DNA of 49,395 nucleotides. Origin: a bacterium (GTDB lineage: Bacteria > CLD3 > SB21). The DNA lies in NCBI GenBank assembly GCA_013360215.1, contig JABWCP010000013.1, forward strand, positions 62,001 to 111,395, in the 5' to 3' direction. Under the pieces are notes generated by a model. That model had not been told where the DNA came from, ran no database searches, and saw only the letters and a list, made by a program, of their open reading frames with translations. A program made the translations under genes and the position numbers. Each line of letters starts with the position of its first letter. The first letter of the stretch is position 1. Of this stretch, positions 8,839 to 22,764 are shown piece by piece.

Positions 8839-10328
8839 AAGACCTCTTTTTCTTTTATATGTTGATTTGTATGGGAAATCGGGAGAGTTATGATAAATTC
8901 CGTTCCTACCCCTAATTGTGAATTAAAAGAAATTTCGCCGTTGTGTTTGAGCATTATATCGTAGCTTATGGACATGCCCAATCCAGTACCTTTGCCAACG
9001 GGTTTCGTAGTAAAGAAGGGGTCAAAAATTTTATTTTTAACTTCATCGGGTATACCTTGCCCATTGTCAGAAATGGTTATTAAAACATACTCGTTTCGTC
9101 TAGACGTAAAAATCGATATTAATCCTTGTTCCGGTATGGCCTGAATAGCGTTTGTTAAGATATTCATGAATACCTGGCTCAACTGACCTGGAAAACATTC
9201 TATTTCAGGCAAGTCGCCGTATCTCTTTTCGACAACAATCTTACTTTTTAACTGGTTCTGTAGTAAGATCAGCACCGAATCGATAATTTTGTGAAGATTT
9301 GAGAATTTCATCTCGCGTTGATCTTTTCTAGTGAAATTAAGAAGTCCTTCAACGATTTCTCCGATCCTTGTACTGGCTAGTTCCATGGCAGGCAACATCT
9401 CATTAGATATCATAGATGATATGTTCTTGACAGACTCCATACTTCCACTGTTTTCTATGACGCGCATCTTTTTCTCTACCACCGTCAAATAATGGTCTAT
9501 GGTGGCCCTTGGCGTATTAATTTCGTGCGCAACGCCTGCAACCATCTGCCCAATTGCCGATAACTTTTCTGATTGAACCAGTTGGTTTTGAGCCTCTTTT
9601 ATCTTCTCAAGATTATCTTCCAGTGTTTTATTCATTTCAGACAGTTGCTCCGATTTCTCTTCGGACAATTTCTTTTCTTCAATCAGCGAATGTTGGGCTA
9701 CCTCCACCTGTAATGCCGTTTTATTCAGCAAATAACCCATCCAAAGCATTGCAAATAAAACTATCAAGCCAATTGTAAGGAACAGAATACTATTGCGTGA
9801 CGTTCGGTCAATTAAGTAATCTTTCGAATATGCGATACCAATCAAGCCGATTTTGTGTTGTTCTACGTCAATCATCGGTAACCATGCGATAATTTCATTT
9901 TCGAATTCATGAAAGGATTCTTGTGTGTTTTCGGATTTAATATGTGAACCATTTATATTCGGTGTCGGATCTCTGATAATTTGTCTTTTTTCATTGTCTA
10001 AATGTCGTATCAAATGGTTGTTTTCATCATATATCTGAACCCACCGTAACGTAATTTCATCTTCTGAAGAGCGTCGTAATAAAAGATTTAATGATTGATC
10101 GATTGAGGCGCCATCATCTAACATCATTGCTTGTGTACCCACCGACAGGTTCTCGGACAATAGTTTGCCAATAAACTCGACGTCACGGTAAACAATTTCG
10201 GTAGCCATTCGTTTAGCTTGGTAAGGGGAGAAAAAAATCAACAAGCCTATCCAAGAAATGCATATAAATCCGATTAATAGGTATATTCGAAAACGAATAT
10301 TGTGAGATCTACCGATTACATTTTTCAT
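8832..10328 (-). CDS. Membrane-bound sensor histidine kinase (2 TM, periplasmic domain, HisKA, HATPase)
   Basis: Two TM helices; H-box [11 protein letters not shown]-box [11 protein letters not shown]1 DNGQG; F-box FDPFFTTK; G2 GTGLG. ATGA overlap with the upstream gene. Confidence 0.95.
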   Translation of the reverse strand: MKNVIGRSHNIRFRIYLLIGFICISWIGLLIFFSPYQAKRMATEIVYRDVEFIGKLLSENLSVGTQAMMLDDGASIDQSLNLLLRRSSEDEITLRWVQIYDENNHLIRHLDNEKRQIIRDPTPNINGSHIKSENTQESFHEFENEIIAWLPMIDVEQHKIGLIGIAYSKDYLIDRTSRNSILFLTIGLIVLFAMLWMGYLLNKTALQVEVAQHSLIEEKKLSEEKSEQLSEMNKTLEDNLEKIKEAQNQLVQSEKLSAIGQMVAGVAHEINTPRATIDHYLTVVEKKMRVIENSGSMESVKNISSMISNEMLPAMELASTRIGEIVEGLLNFTRKDQREMKFSNLHKIIDSVLILLQNQLKSKIVVEKRYGDLPEIECFPGQLSQVFMNILTNAIQAIPEQGLISIFTSRRNEYVLITISDNGQGIPDEVKNKIFDPFFTTKPVGKGTGLGMSISYDIMLKHNGEISFNSQLGVGTEFIITLPISHTNQHIKEKEVLC

Positions 10329-12277
10329 AGAGTAACTTCTCGAATGGTAGAAACAAGTTTTTCAATAGAAAACGGTTTCGCTAGGAATGTAAAGCCGCCG
10401 TTTGTGTAACATAAGTCAATTTGAGGGTCCATACCGCCACTGATAAGTATGGCTTTTATCTCGGGGTGAGACTTTTTAACGTGTTGAATGAAAGTTAATC
10501 CGTCCATTTCAGGCATATGAAAATCACAAATGATCAAAGAGATGTCTTTGCCAGAATCTTTTATTATTTGAAGGCCATCATTTCCAGTTCTAGTTGATAT
10601 GACAGGATATCCTTTTTGATTTAGCATATCTTGGAGCACCTCTAATACATTTTCTTCATCATCTACCAAAAGTATCTTCGGTAAAGGTTGGGTTTGCTTA
10701 TTCTGTGTTGCGGAATCAGGCACAAGAGAGTTTGAAATGTTTAAAGATTGTTCGGCTAAATCCGACGGAGATGATCTCAACGTTTTTGATGAAGCGGGAA
10801 GATAAAATGTAAAAACGGTACCTTTACCGGTATTACTAGCTACATCAATAAAGCCCCCATGTCCTCTTAAAATAGATTGGACGATTGAAAGGCCTAAGCC
10901 AGATCCTTTTTTTTCTTCTTTGGTTGAAAAAAAGGGGCTAAATAGTCTGGCGCGTATATCGGGATTGATGCCGACGCCTGTATCCTCAACGGAAATAGCC
11001 ACATAAGTTCCCGCTTTTACGCCTGGACGGCTTCGTGCTTTCGTCGTATCGATGCTACAATTATATGAACTAATCGTCATGACCCCTCCATCCGGCATGG
11101 CGTCTCGCGCATTCACGCATAAATTCATTAAGATTTGATGTATTTGAGTTTGATTGCCTAAAACGGGATAAAGATCAAAGTGGATACGTATAGCCAGTTG
11201 AATATTTTTGGGAAAAGTTTCATTGATTATTCTTGCCATTTCTAATACGCAATCATTGGGCTGAACAACTTCAAACTGATCTTTGATACCCTTGCTAAAC
11301 GATAAAATCTGTTTGACTAAATGGGACGCTCTTTGAACGTTTTTGTCGATCATTTCTATATAACGCCTGTCTTCTCCTTTTTGTCTTTCGGAGAGCAAAG
11401 AAATAGAAATAGAAATAGGAGTTAAAATATTGTTGAGGTCGTGAGCGATACCACCAGCCAGTCCCCCAAGAGTATAAATGCGTTGGTTTCTCAGTAGATG
11501 GATTTCATCTTTTAAATCATTCTTTGTTTTCTCGAGATGTATAGCAAAAAGATGAGGATTTTTCTTGATCAGTCGCCATTCGCTATGGATATAATCGTCT
11601 AAAGAATAAAGGGATAGCCGTCCTTTCCATTGTCCATTTTCTATAGCAGCTTTTCTAGCGGAAGGTAACATTTCATTAGCATCGCGGACGATATCGAATA
11701 ACGAAGTCTTGGTGTTGGGTAATTTATGACCATAAATATTAATGGCAGAAGTGTTAGCGTATTCGATCGTCAAGGCCTCGTTACACAACCACATCGGTTC
11801 ATTAGAAAACTCGATTAGTTGATTAAATTCGTCGTTTGTTCCTTGCGAATCGTATGCTAAGCTGTAACTCATGAGTGAACCATAATGAGTGTTTTTTATA
11901 ATGAATGGCCAACCTTCAACTACGACTGGTATATGTTTATTGTTTTTTGTTTTTCGTATTGTATGAAGTTTTATCTGTTGTTTGTCGAGCAGCTTTTGAT
12001 AAATAGTGAAAGCTTCATCATGCAAGTAAGGCGGTTGCAAGAATGAGTTCAGGTTTTTTCCAGAAACCTCCTTTTGAGAGAAACTAAACATCTGTTCAAA
12101 AGCAGAATTGACAAAGAATATGTTGTCATTCAAGTCTATTACCGCAAGGCCGGATTTGAACTTTTCAGCAAAAAATGCTAGCCACGGGTTCAACCGCCTC
12201 AAGGATTCACTTTTAGGGGCATGCAACACTTCAGATTGGTCGTTGCTTTTTATGGGACGAAGTACATGGGTTTTCAT
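10325..12277 (-). CDS. Cytoplasmic PAS-PAS hybrid histidine kinase/receiver (CckA-like)
   Basis: Two PAS-like segments (FVNSAFEQMF, YANTSA); H-box AGGIAHDLNNILT; MNLCVNARDAMPDGG; receiver LVDDEE...ICDFHMP. ATG at 12277 preferred over TTG at 12292. Confidence 0.93.
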   Translation of the reverse strand: MKTHVLRPIKSNDQSEVLHAPKSESLRRLNPWLAFFAEKFKSGLAVIDLNDNIFFVNSAFEQMFSFSQKEVSGKNLNSFLQPPYLHDEAFTIYQKLLDKQQIKLHTIRKTKNNKHIPVVVEGWPFIIKNTHYGSLMSYSLAYDSQGTNDEFNQLIEFSNEPMWLCNEALTIEYANTSAINIYGHKLPNTKTSLFDIVRDANEMLPSARKAAIENGQWKGRLSLYSLDDYIHSEWRLIKKNPHLFAIHLEKTKNDLKDEIHLLRNQRIYTLGGLAGGIAHDLNNILTPISISISLLSERQKGEDRRYIEMIDKNVQRASHLVKQILSFSKGIKDQFEVVQPNDCVLEMARIINETFPKNIQLAIRIHFDLYPVLGNQTQIHQILMNLCVNARDAMPDGGVMTISSYNCSIDTTKARSRPGVKAGTYVAISVEDTGVGINPDIRARLFSPFFSTKEEKKGSGLGLSIVQSILRGHGGFIDVASNTGKGTVFTFYLPASSKTLRSSPSDLAEQSLNISNSLVPDSATQNKQTQPLPKILLVDDEENVLEVLQDMLNQKGYPVISTRTGNDGLQIIKDSGKDISLIICDFHMPEMDGLTFIQHVKKSHPEIKAILISGGMDPQIDLCYTNGGFTFLAKPFSIEKLVSTIREVTL

Positions 12278-12310
12278 ACCATTACAATACAATCAAGTCG
12301 ATGGCGTAAC

Positions 12311-12380
12311 AATAGTCCAAACGGACAGTGTTGGAGTTAATCCGGATTTTATTTGGAAGAAACTAACCGAAAAGACAGGT
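12311..12380. promoter_or_regulatory. Pair of related imperfect inverted repeats, candidate NarL/LuxR-type binding sites
   Basis: AATAGTCCAAACGGACAGT (12311) and AACTAACCGAAAAGACAGG (12361), about 50 bp apart, between the regulator stop and the PAS kinase start. Confidence 0.4.
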
Positions 12381-12381
12381 A

Positions 12382-13029
12382 TCAGATGATGCGATTGCGA
12401 ATTGCTTTTGCAATGGCCTCTGATTTAGTGGATGCATGCAGTTTGGTATATATGTTTCTGAGATGGTATTTAATTGTGCTGATGTGAATATGTAGATCGT
12501 CGGCAATGGACTCGTGTGTATACCCTTTCGATAGGCGAGTTAATATGTCGCGTTCACGTTCAGAAAGCGTTATTTTTTGATCTTCAGTTACGTTATAAGA
12601 GTGAAACGCTTTCAGCAAACTAACGATTTTTTTTGCAATGTTTGCATTCATAGGTGAACCTCCGCTGCATACCTCGCGAATAGATTCGAGGAGACGAATT
12701 GGTTGTGTATGCTTCACCAGGTAACCATCTGCACCACTAAGCAACGCCTCTAAGATTAATTCATTATCGTCATATACTGTGAGCATGATGATATTAATAT
12801 TGGCGTAATGCGCCTTAATGTGTTTAAGAGCTTGTATTCCTGACATGCCCGGCATTTTTATGTCCATTAATATTACATTTGGCAACGTTCTTTTTAATTT
12901 TTCCAAAAGGGTTTCGGCGTCAGCATAAGTGCCAATGCACCGAAATCCGTCTGTTCCATTAATGAGACTTGATAACCCTTGACGGACGGTCACATTGTCA
13001 TCAGTAATAATGACTTGAATTTCGCTCAT
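12382..13029 (-). CDS. NarL/FixJ-family (REC plus LuxR HTH) response regulator
   Basis: ITDDN, LMDIKMPGMSG, GADGYLVK, LSERERDIL..LSKG...IADDL.I..STIKYHLRNIYTKL. Confidence 0.96.
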   Translation of the reverse strand: MSEIQVIITDDNVTVRQGLSSLINGTDGFRCIGTYADAETLLEKLKRTLPNVILMDIKMPGMSGIQALKHIKAHYANINIIMLTVYDDNELILEALLSGADGYLVKHTQPIRLLESIREVCSGGSPMNANIAKKIVSLLKAFHSYNVTEDQKITLSERERDILTRLSKGYTHESIADDLHIHISTIKYHLRNIYTKLHASTKSEAIAKAIRNRII

Positions 13030-16000
13030 TTCAATTTTCCTCGGTACTCCACCGTTGTTCCTGTCTTTTCAGTACTGTATATAAGCAATTGGCCGCCAAT
13101 ACTGGCAGCTCTCTTTTTCATGTTACCAATACCCATACCTTGAACAGTTTTTTCATCGTAGCCGATGCCGTCATCAACAAGTTTGATTCTAATGAGGTTT
13201 CCGACTTTTGAAATGCAAAGATACATTTCGCGGCAGTGACTGTGTTTAATGCAATTGTGAATGGCTTCTTTGAAAATTAAAAATAACTGGCGACGGGACT
13301 CCATAGAGATATTCAGCTCATCGGTAAAGCCCAGATTCTCAATTCGAAATTTAATATTCATAATACTTAAAATATCCGAGTAATAATCGCTGAGTCGGAT
13401 AGTCAATGCTTGAGCGGAATCATTTATAGGGTTAACAATCCATAACACGTCGCTAAAATTAGTGATTAAGTCATTAGATCTTTGCGATATGGTCTGCAGT
13501 ATTTGTAATACTGGCATAGGGTCGTCGATACTATTTTTCTGGGTGGCCTCATTCGCCAAAATGACAATTTCCGTCAAACCTGCGCCGGTTTGGTCATGCA
13601 ATTCGCGTGCAATCGTTTCTCGGAATTTCTGCATTCTCAAATAAGATCGTATCCTATATAAAACTATGCCTGCAATGGTAAGTACACCAGTGAAGATGCA
13701 TCCCAAAAAAAACCATGTTGTTTGCCAAAATGGAGGGTCAATATAAAAATCAAATTTTTCTTCTTTTCCCCATAATCCATCGCGTCCAGCGCCACGAACC
13801 CTAAAAGTATATGCTCCAGACGATAAATTTTCATAATGTGCCGTACGTTCACCTGAAGTTGCCCGTATCCAACTGTCATTGAATCCATCCAGGGCATACT
13901 GATATTGATTTAGCTTTGGATTGTCAAAGTCAAGAACCGCAAACTTAAAACTAATCGTATTGTCCTGGTAGTATAATTTTAGTGGAGATGCATTGTTGTA
14001 TCCGATGGAAGTTCCATTCACACTAATGTCGGTAATGGTTACATTGGGTTGTGGTACTTTCTTATGTATGTTCTTTGGGAAAAAGGAAGTGATGCCGTTT
14101 ATTCCACCGAAAAAAAGCTTGCCTGATTGAGACTTTAAGAAAGCCCCGCTATTAAACTCATTGCTCTGTAATCCGTCACCTTTGTCATAATTGAAAAATC
14201 GCCTTGTGGACATATCAAACATTGAAATTCCATTATTAGTGCTCATCCATAAATTGCTATCGGCGTCTTCAATGATGTTATACACAACATTACTAGCCAG
14301 ACCGTCCTCCTGAGTATAAACAGTGAATGAAGAATCTTGTTCATTGAACTTACACAAGCCTCCACTGGTTCCAACCCATATATCCCCGGTTGACGATTCG
14401 GTTATTCCGAAGATATTGTTACCTCCTATGCTACCAATTTGTTTTTTTTCATAAATAAAGCGATTCCAAGTTTTCGTTCGGCGGTCGAATATTTGTAAGC
14501 CATACCCCCATGTTCCAATCCATAAGTTGCCCATACGGTCGTCATAAATAGAGTTGACCAAATCAAATCCCCATTCTCCTTGTAGATCACTGTTAGTGAA
14601 AACCGTAGTTGTGCCGGTAGTTTCATGAACACAAAATAATCCAATACCTTCAACGGCGACCCACAGATTTCCTTCTTTGTCATAATGTAAATCAATGATG
14701 TTGATGCGATCGTTCGGATTCCATTTGGTCAATAAGTTAAAACGTTTAAATTCCTGTTGTTTAATGTTAAAAACATACAATCCATTTCCTTCTGTTCCAA
14801 CCCAGAGTTCTGTCTCGTTTTTTTTTTGCAATGATAGTATGGATCGGTTTGAATATCGAACATCTGCCAGACTATAGCGTGTTAATTTATTTGTTTTGTA
14901 ATCTATAAATGCCAAACTGCCACCTCGGGTTCCGACCCATAATCCACTTGCTGTATCCTCTTCGATAGCCCATACGATATTTGATTCAGTGTCCATATCG
15001 CTCTGACGTAGAGAATAGTAGTTGAATGAATTTAGTGGACTGTTTAGTCGGTTGATACCGGCACCCTCCGTTCCTATCCATAAATGTTCTTGGCTGTCAG
15101 AGAAACCACAAAAAATGAAGTCACTGGACAAGGAAAATTCGTTTTTTCGATCATAATGATAATTTTTGTAGGTATGATTAGTCAAATCTAGCGAAAACAA
15201 TCCATCGCCGTGCGTCCCTACCCATAAGTGATCGGAAATTTTAGATAAAAAACGAATATCGCATTGATTGAGTATTGAACTGTTGTTTGGGTAGGGAACC
15301 AAACTATTTTGTTCGGCAACAAACAATCCACTTCTGGTGCCAACAAAAAACACATTATCTGCATTCCGTAAGTTGATTTTAGTTATAGTATTGATTTGAA
15401 CTTCATTTTTATCATTTCTGCCCATTTTTAATTTTGAAAAATTTTGTGTGCCATATTCATACTTTAACACCCCTTTATTTTCTGTTCCAATCCACAAAAA
15501 ACGAGATTCGTGGTGCAAAGCGGTGACGCCCTCAAGTTCGAAGCCTGGTAAAACAATTTTCACGCTGATCCTCTTGTGTTTATCGAACTTGAATAGTCCT
15601 AAGCGAGTGCCTATCCATAAGCTTCCCAGGTTATCATCTGCTATGGATAGTATATCATTTTGTGATATCGAATAGGACGGGGAAGTATGAAATGTAAAAC
15701 TGTAAAAAACATCTTGGCGGCGATCATACATATTGAGTCCGCCGCCTTTGGTTCCTATCCATATATTACCATTGGAATCTTCATATAGGCACCGAATAAA
15801 ATTTTCAGATAAACTGTTATAGTTCTTTCGAAGCTTATATACCTTAAATTCATTGCCATCAAACCGATTTAATCCGTCTTCTGTGCCTACCCAAATAAAT
15901 CCCAAATGATCCTGAAACGCACACTGAACGCTATTTTGTGATAAACCAAAATTGATGTCAATGTGATTGAATAATTCGGATTGCGAAAAGTTTGTTTTAT

Positions 16001-16160
16001 CTTGTGCCAAGACTTTGTTAAAAATCAAGAGACAAAAAATAAAGCAAAAGATCGTCACATCAATAAAAAATACCCTCAAAATCCTTGTTGGCAGGTGGAA
16101 ATTGCGAGGAATATCCGCGAATTCCCCAGCGAACTTTTTACTATAAAGAGATAACTTCAT
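13026..16160 (-). CDS. Sensor histidine kinase with two-component regulator propeller repeats, Y_Y_Y domain and HisKA_3
   Basis: Many D..G.LWIGT repeats; DGLQSNEFN; YQYALDG..W..YENLSSGAYTFRV (Y_Y_Y); PPFWQT TM; IARELHD H-box; KEAIHN, DDGIG. Confidence 0.95.
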   Translation of the reverse strand: MKLSLYSKKFAGEFADIPRNFHLPTRILRVFFIDVTIFCFIFCLLIFNKVLAQDKTNFSQSELFNHIDINFGLSQNSVQCAFQDHLGFIWVGTEDGLNRFDGNEFKVYKLRKNYNSLSENFIRCLYEDSNGNIWIGTKGGGLNMYDRRQDVFYSFTFHTSPSYSISQNDILSIADDNLGSLWIGTRLGLFKFDKHKRISVKIVLPGFELEGVTALHHESRFLWIGTENKGVLKYEYGTQNFSKLKMGRNDKNEVQINTITKINLRNADNVFFVGTRSGLFVAEQNSLVPYPNNSSILNQCDIRFLSKISDHLWVGTHGDGLFSLDLTNHTYKNYHYDRKNEFSLSSDFIFCGFSDSQEHLWIGTEGAGINRLNSPLNSFNYYSLRQSDMDTESNIVWAIEEDTASGLWVGTRGGSLAFIDYKTNKLTRYSLADVRYSNRSILSLQKKNETELWVGTEGNGLYVFNIKQQEFKRFNLLTKWNPNDRINIIDLHYDKEGNLWVAVEGIGLFCVHETTGTTTVFTNSDLQGEWGFDLVNSIYDDRMGNLWIGTWGYGLQIFDRRTKTWNRFIYEKKQIGSIGGNNIFGITESSTGDIWVGTSGGLCKFNEQDSSFTVYTQEDGLASNVVYNIIEDADSNLWMSTNNGISMFDMSTRRFFNYDKGDGLQSNEFNSGAFLKSQSGKLFFGGINGITSFFPKNIHKKVPQPNVTITDISVNGTSIGYNNASPLKLYYQDNTISFKFAVLDFDNPKLNQYQYALDGFNDSWIRATSGERTAHYENLSSGAYTFRVRGAGRDGLWGKEEKFDFYIDPPFWQTTWFFLGCIFTGVLTIAGIVLYRIRSYLRMQKFRETIARELHDQTGAGLTEIVILANEATQKNSIDDPMPVLQILQTISQRSNDLITNFSDVLWIVNPINDSAQALTIRLSDYYSDILSIMNIKFRIENLGFTDELNISMESRRQLFLIFKEAIHNCIKHSHCREMYLCISKVGNLIRIKLVDDGIGYDEKTVQGMGIGNMKKRAASIGGQLLIYSTEKTGTTVEYRGKLK

Positions 16161-16753
16161 TAGATTCAGTGTGTTTTTTAAAATTTCAATTGATCTCTAT
16201 TTTCCGTCTGTAAAATAATATAATTTCAGGACTTGTTGTGTCTCGATTGTAAAAAAAAAGTTTTACTAAAATGGAAAAAATATAAATCGATGTTCATACT
16301 GTAAAGTAGACATCCCTATCGGCATTGACTCTTTTATTTATTAAAGTACACCACAATAGAATGTTGTACAATATAAAATAGCGAATTGCCTATTGTGCTT
16401 AGGTTGCCAATAATTCACACAACAAGTTCATGCTGCTTACAAATTGAACACTTATGGCCTTGCCTCAAATGATTCTTTTCTTTAGCGTCAGTCATTAATA
16501 TTCAAGTAGAATAGACGTTGTAATCCGAAAAGCCTAAATGAGCAAATTCTACGCGGTGCCCAACAAAAGTATACTTAAATGTTTTTCAATATAGCTATTA
16601 AACTAGTCAATGTTAAATACAAAATCTAACGATAAAGGAGATTAACTAAAGCCGATCGTGTATAGGATACCTACCAAAGAAATACATATTTCTATACAAT
16701 TCGAAAATAAGTGATAGATTCAATAAATTTCGACATAATCATTCAAATACCTC

Positions 16754-16782
16754 TTGACATCGGAAACTTTTTTTTGTATCAT
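16754..16782 (+). promoter_or_regulatory. rRNA operon promoter P1 (sigma70-type)
   Basis: TTGACA (16754) - 17 bp - TATCAT (16777). Confidence 0.8.
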
Positions 16783-16925
16783 TGCAACCCGCTGATGAAA
16801 TGGCGAAAATAAGAAGCGGCAAGTGTTGATAAATTGTTAATTGTTCGCCGAATGTTCATAGAAATGAGATTTTTGATTCTGGTAGTAAGTTTTTTAAAAA
16901 AACTTACTAAAAAGTAAAAAAAGAC

Positions 16926-16954
16926 TTGCAATCAGAAACAAATTTGTTTATACT
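16926..16954 (+). promoter_or_regulatory. rRNA operon promoter P2 (sigma70-type)
   Basis: TTGCAA (16926) - 17 bp - TATACT (16949), with an A-tract UP element upstream and boxA-like TGTTCCTTAAAAA at 16981. Confidence 0.8.
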
Positions 16955-17072
16955 TACGTCCCGCAGTTGAAAAAGCGGTTTGTTCCTTAAAAAACAAGAC
17001 TATAGCTCGCGAAAGCGAATTATAAATTATATCGCTGAGACCTTGAGTCGAAGCCCAATGTTGTTTGAAAAT

Positions 17073-17099
17073 GAGAGTATACGTCGATCAATTCATTTA
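17073..17099 (+). other. 5' strand of the 16S precursor (RNase III) processing stem
   Basis: GAGAGTATACG...AATTCATTTA is complementary to TAAATGAATT...CGTATACTCTC at 18726-18749. Confidence 0.8.
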
Positions 17100-17157
17100 T
17101 TGAGTGATTCTGGTCAAGATTAACCATCTTCTTTGTTAATAACAAAAAAAGATATTG

Positions 17158-18656
<1,499 letters not shown>

Positions 18657-18795
18657 GGAGAATCTGTGTTGATTCGCTTTTAGTGAATTTACACAAATTC
18701 CGAATATAACGATCAAATTATCTTGTAAATGAATTTCGCGTATACTCTCTTTTTTTTTAAATTTTTGTTCTTTTAAAAATTTTGGTTTTATCCGC

Positions 18796-18869
<74 letters not shown>

Positions 18870-18896
18870 CTTATCGGACGACGTTTATAAATAATC

Positions 18897-18970
18897 GGGG
18901 CTATAGCTCAATTTGGGAGAGCGCCTGCCTTGCACGCAGGAGGTTAACGGTTCGAGCCCGTTTAGCTCCA
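18897..18970 (+). tRNA. tRNA-Ala(TGC), CCA not encoded
   Basis: GGGGCTA/TAGCTCC acceptor stem with G3:U70 pair, anticodon loop TTTGCAC-like (CTTGCAC), GTTCGA T-loop. Confidence 0.97.
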
Positions 18971-19040
18971 CTAATCAGATTACGCATATCGCTTCGGCGA
19001 TAATAATATAGCGTGAAGATATCTCAGTGATATCTGCCAA

Positions 19041-19053
19041 AGTTCTTTGACAA
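19041..19053 (+). promoter_or_regulatory. Spacer boxA antitermination element
   Basis: AGTTCTTTGACAA matches the boxA consensus, upstream of the 23S. Confidence 0.7.
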
Positions 19054-19158
19054 TTGGTGATGTATGTAAGATTAATGAATGAAACACGACTACATGTTTC
19101 ATTCAACGAGAAAATGCTACTCATTTGCAGGAAGCTGATGTTTTATTAAAATAAAATT

Positions 19159-22028
<2,870 letters not shown>

Positions 22029-22107
22029 TTATTTTATTTTAATAAGACATTATGCATTTTTTCAGCTTCCATACATCCCATTGTCTTTATTTTTGATGAT
22101 AACAATT

Positions 22108-22223
<116 letters not shown>

Positions 22224-22232
22224 TTTATTTTT

Positions 22233-22277
22233 AGCCCCAATCACCTCAAAAGTTATTGGGGCTTTTATATTTTTTTT
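22233..22277 (+). terminator. Intrinsic terminator of the rRNA operon
   Basis: AGCCCCAAT...ATTGGGGCT stem followed by T-rich run. Confidence 0.8.
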
Positions 22278-22365
22278 GGATTCCGGTGGCGCTGCGTTGG
22301 GCGATCCGGATGATCGGTTGACAACGTAAATTAATATTTTTCTAATTTTTAAGAGGAAGTGTATC

Positions 22366-22659
22366 ATGAATTCCAACAAACTTTACGTTGGCAATCTTTC
22401 GTACAAAGCGGACGATCAATCATTGACGGATCTGTTTTCACAAGCCGGTTCGGTAACGTCTGCTAAGATCATCATGGACAAAATGTCCGGTCGTTCCAAA
22501 GGTTTTGGTTTCGTCGAAATGGCCACCGAAGAAGAAGCTTCAAAAGCGATCGAAATGTTCCACAACTATTCGTTTATGGAACGCAATCTGACTGTGAATG
22601 TTGCTAAACCGATGGAAAAGAAATCGTTTGGCGATCGTTCACGCTCAAACCGCTATTAA
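22366..22659 (+). CDS. Single-RRM RNA-binding protein
   Basis: RNP2 LYVGNLSY and RNP1 KGFGFVEM; GAGG RBS. Confidence 0.96.
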   Translation: MNSNKLYVGNLSYKADDQSLTDLFSQAGSVTSAKIIMDKMSGRSKGFGFVEMATEEEASKAIEMFHNYSFMERNLTVNVAKPMEKKSFGDRSRSNRY

Positions 22660-22702
22660 TCGATATTGAAAATCTCTTCGGATTAAACCGAAGTTAATTT
22701 TG

Positions 22703-22733
22703 ACCTCAGCTATGAAAATGGCTGAGGTTTTTT
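22703..22733 (+). terminator. Intrinsic terminator
   Basis: ACCTCAGC/GCTGAGGT stem followed by T tract. Confidence 0.8.
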
Positions 22734-22764
22734 GTTTAAATAATTCGATTCAATAGAGTATAAA

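Noticed and set aside
1707..15675. Short opposite-strand or alternate-frame ORFs within the left cluster (e.g. 1707..2108, 3370..3675, 7888..8205, 12108..12389)
   Set aside because: They largely or fully overlap well-supported genes and lack RBS or domain motifs.
16200..16740. Long AT-rich intergenic region with an orphan AAAGGAG near 16634
   Set aside because: The SD-like sequence is followed at once by an in-frame stop (ATT AAC TAA), and no ORF or stable structure could be supported.
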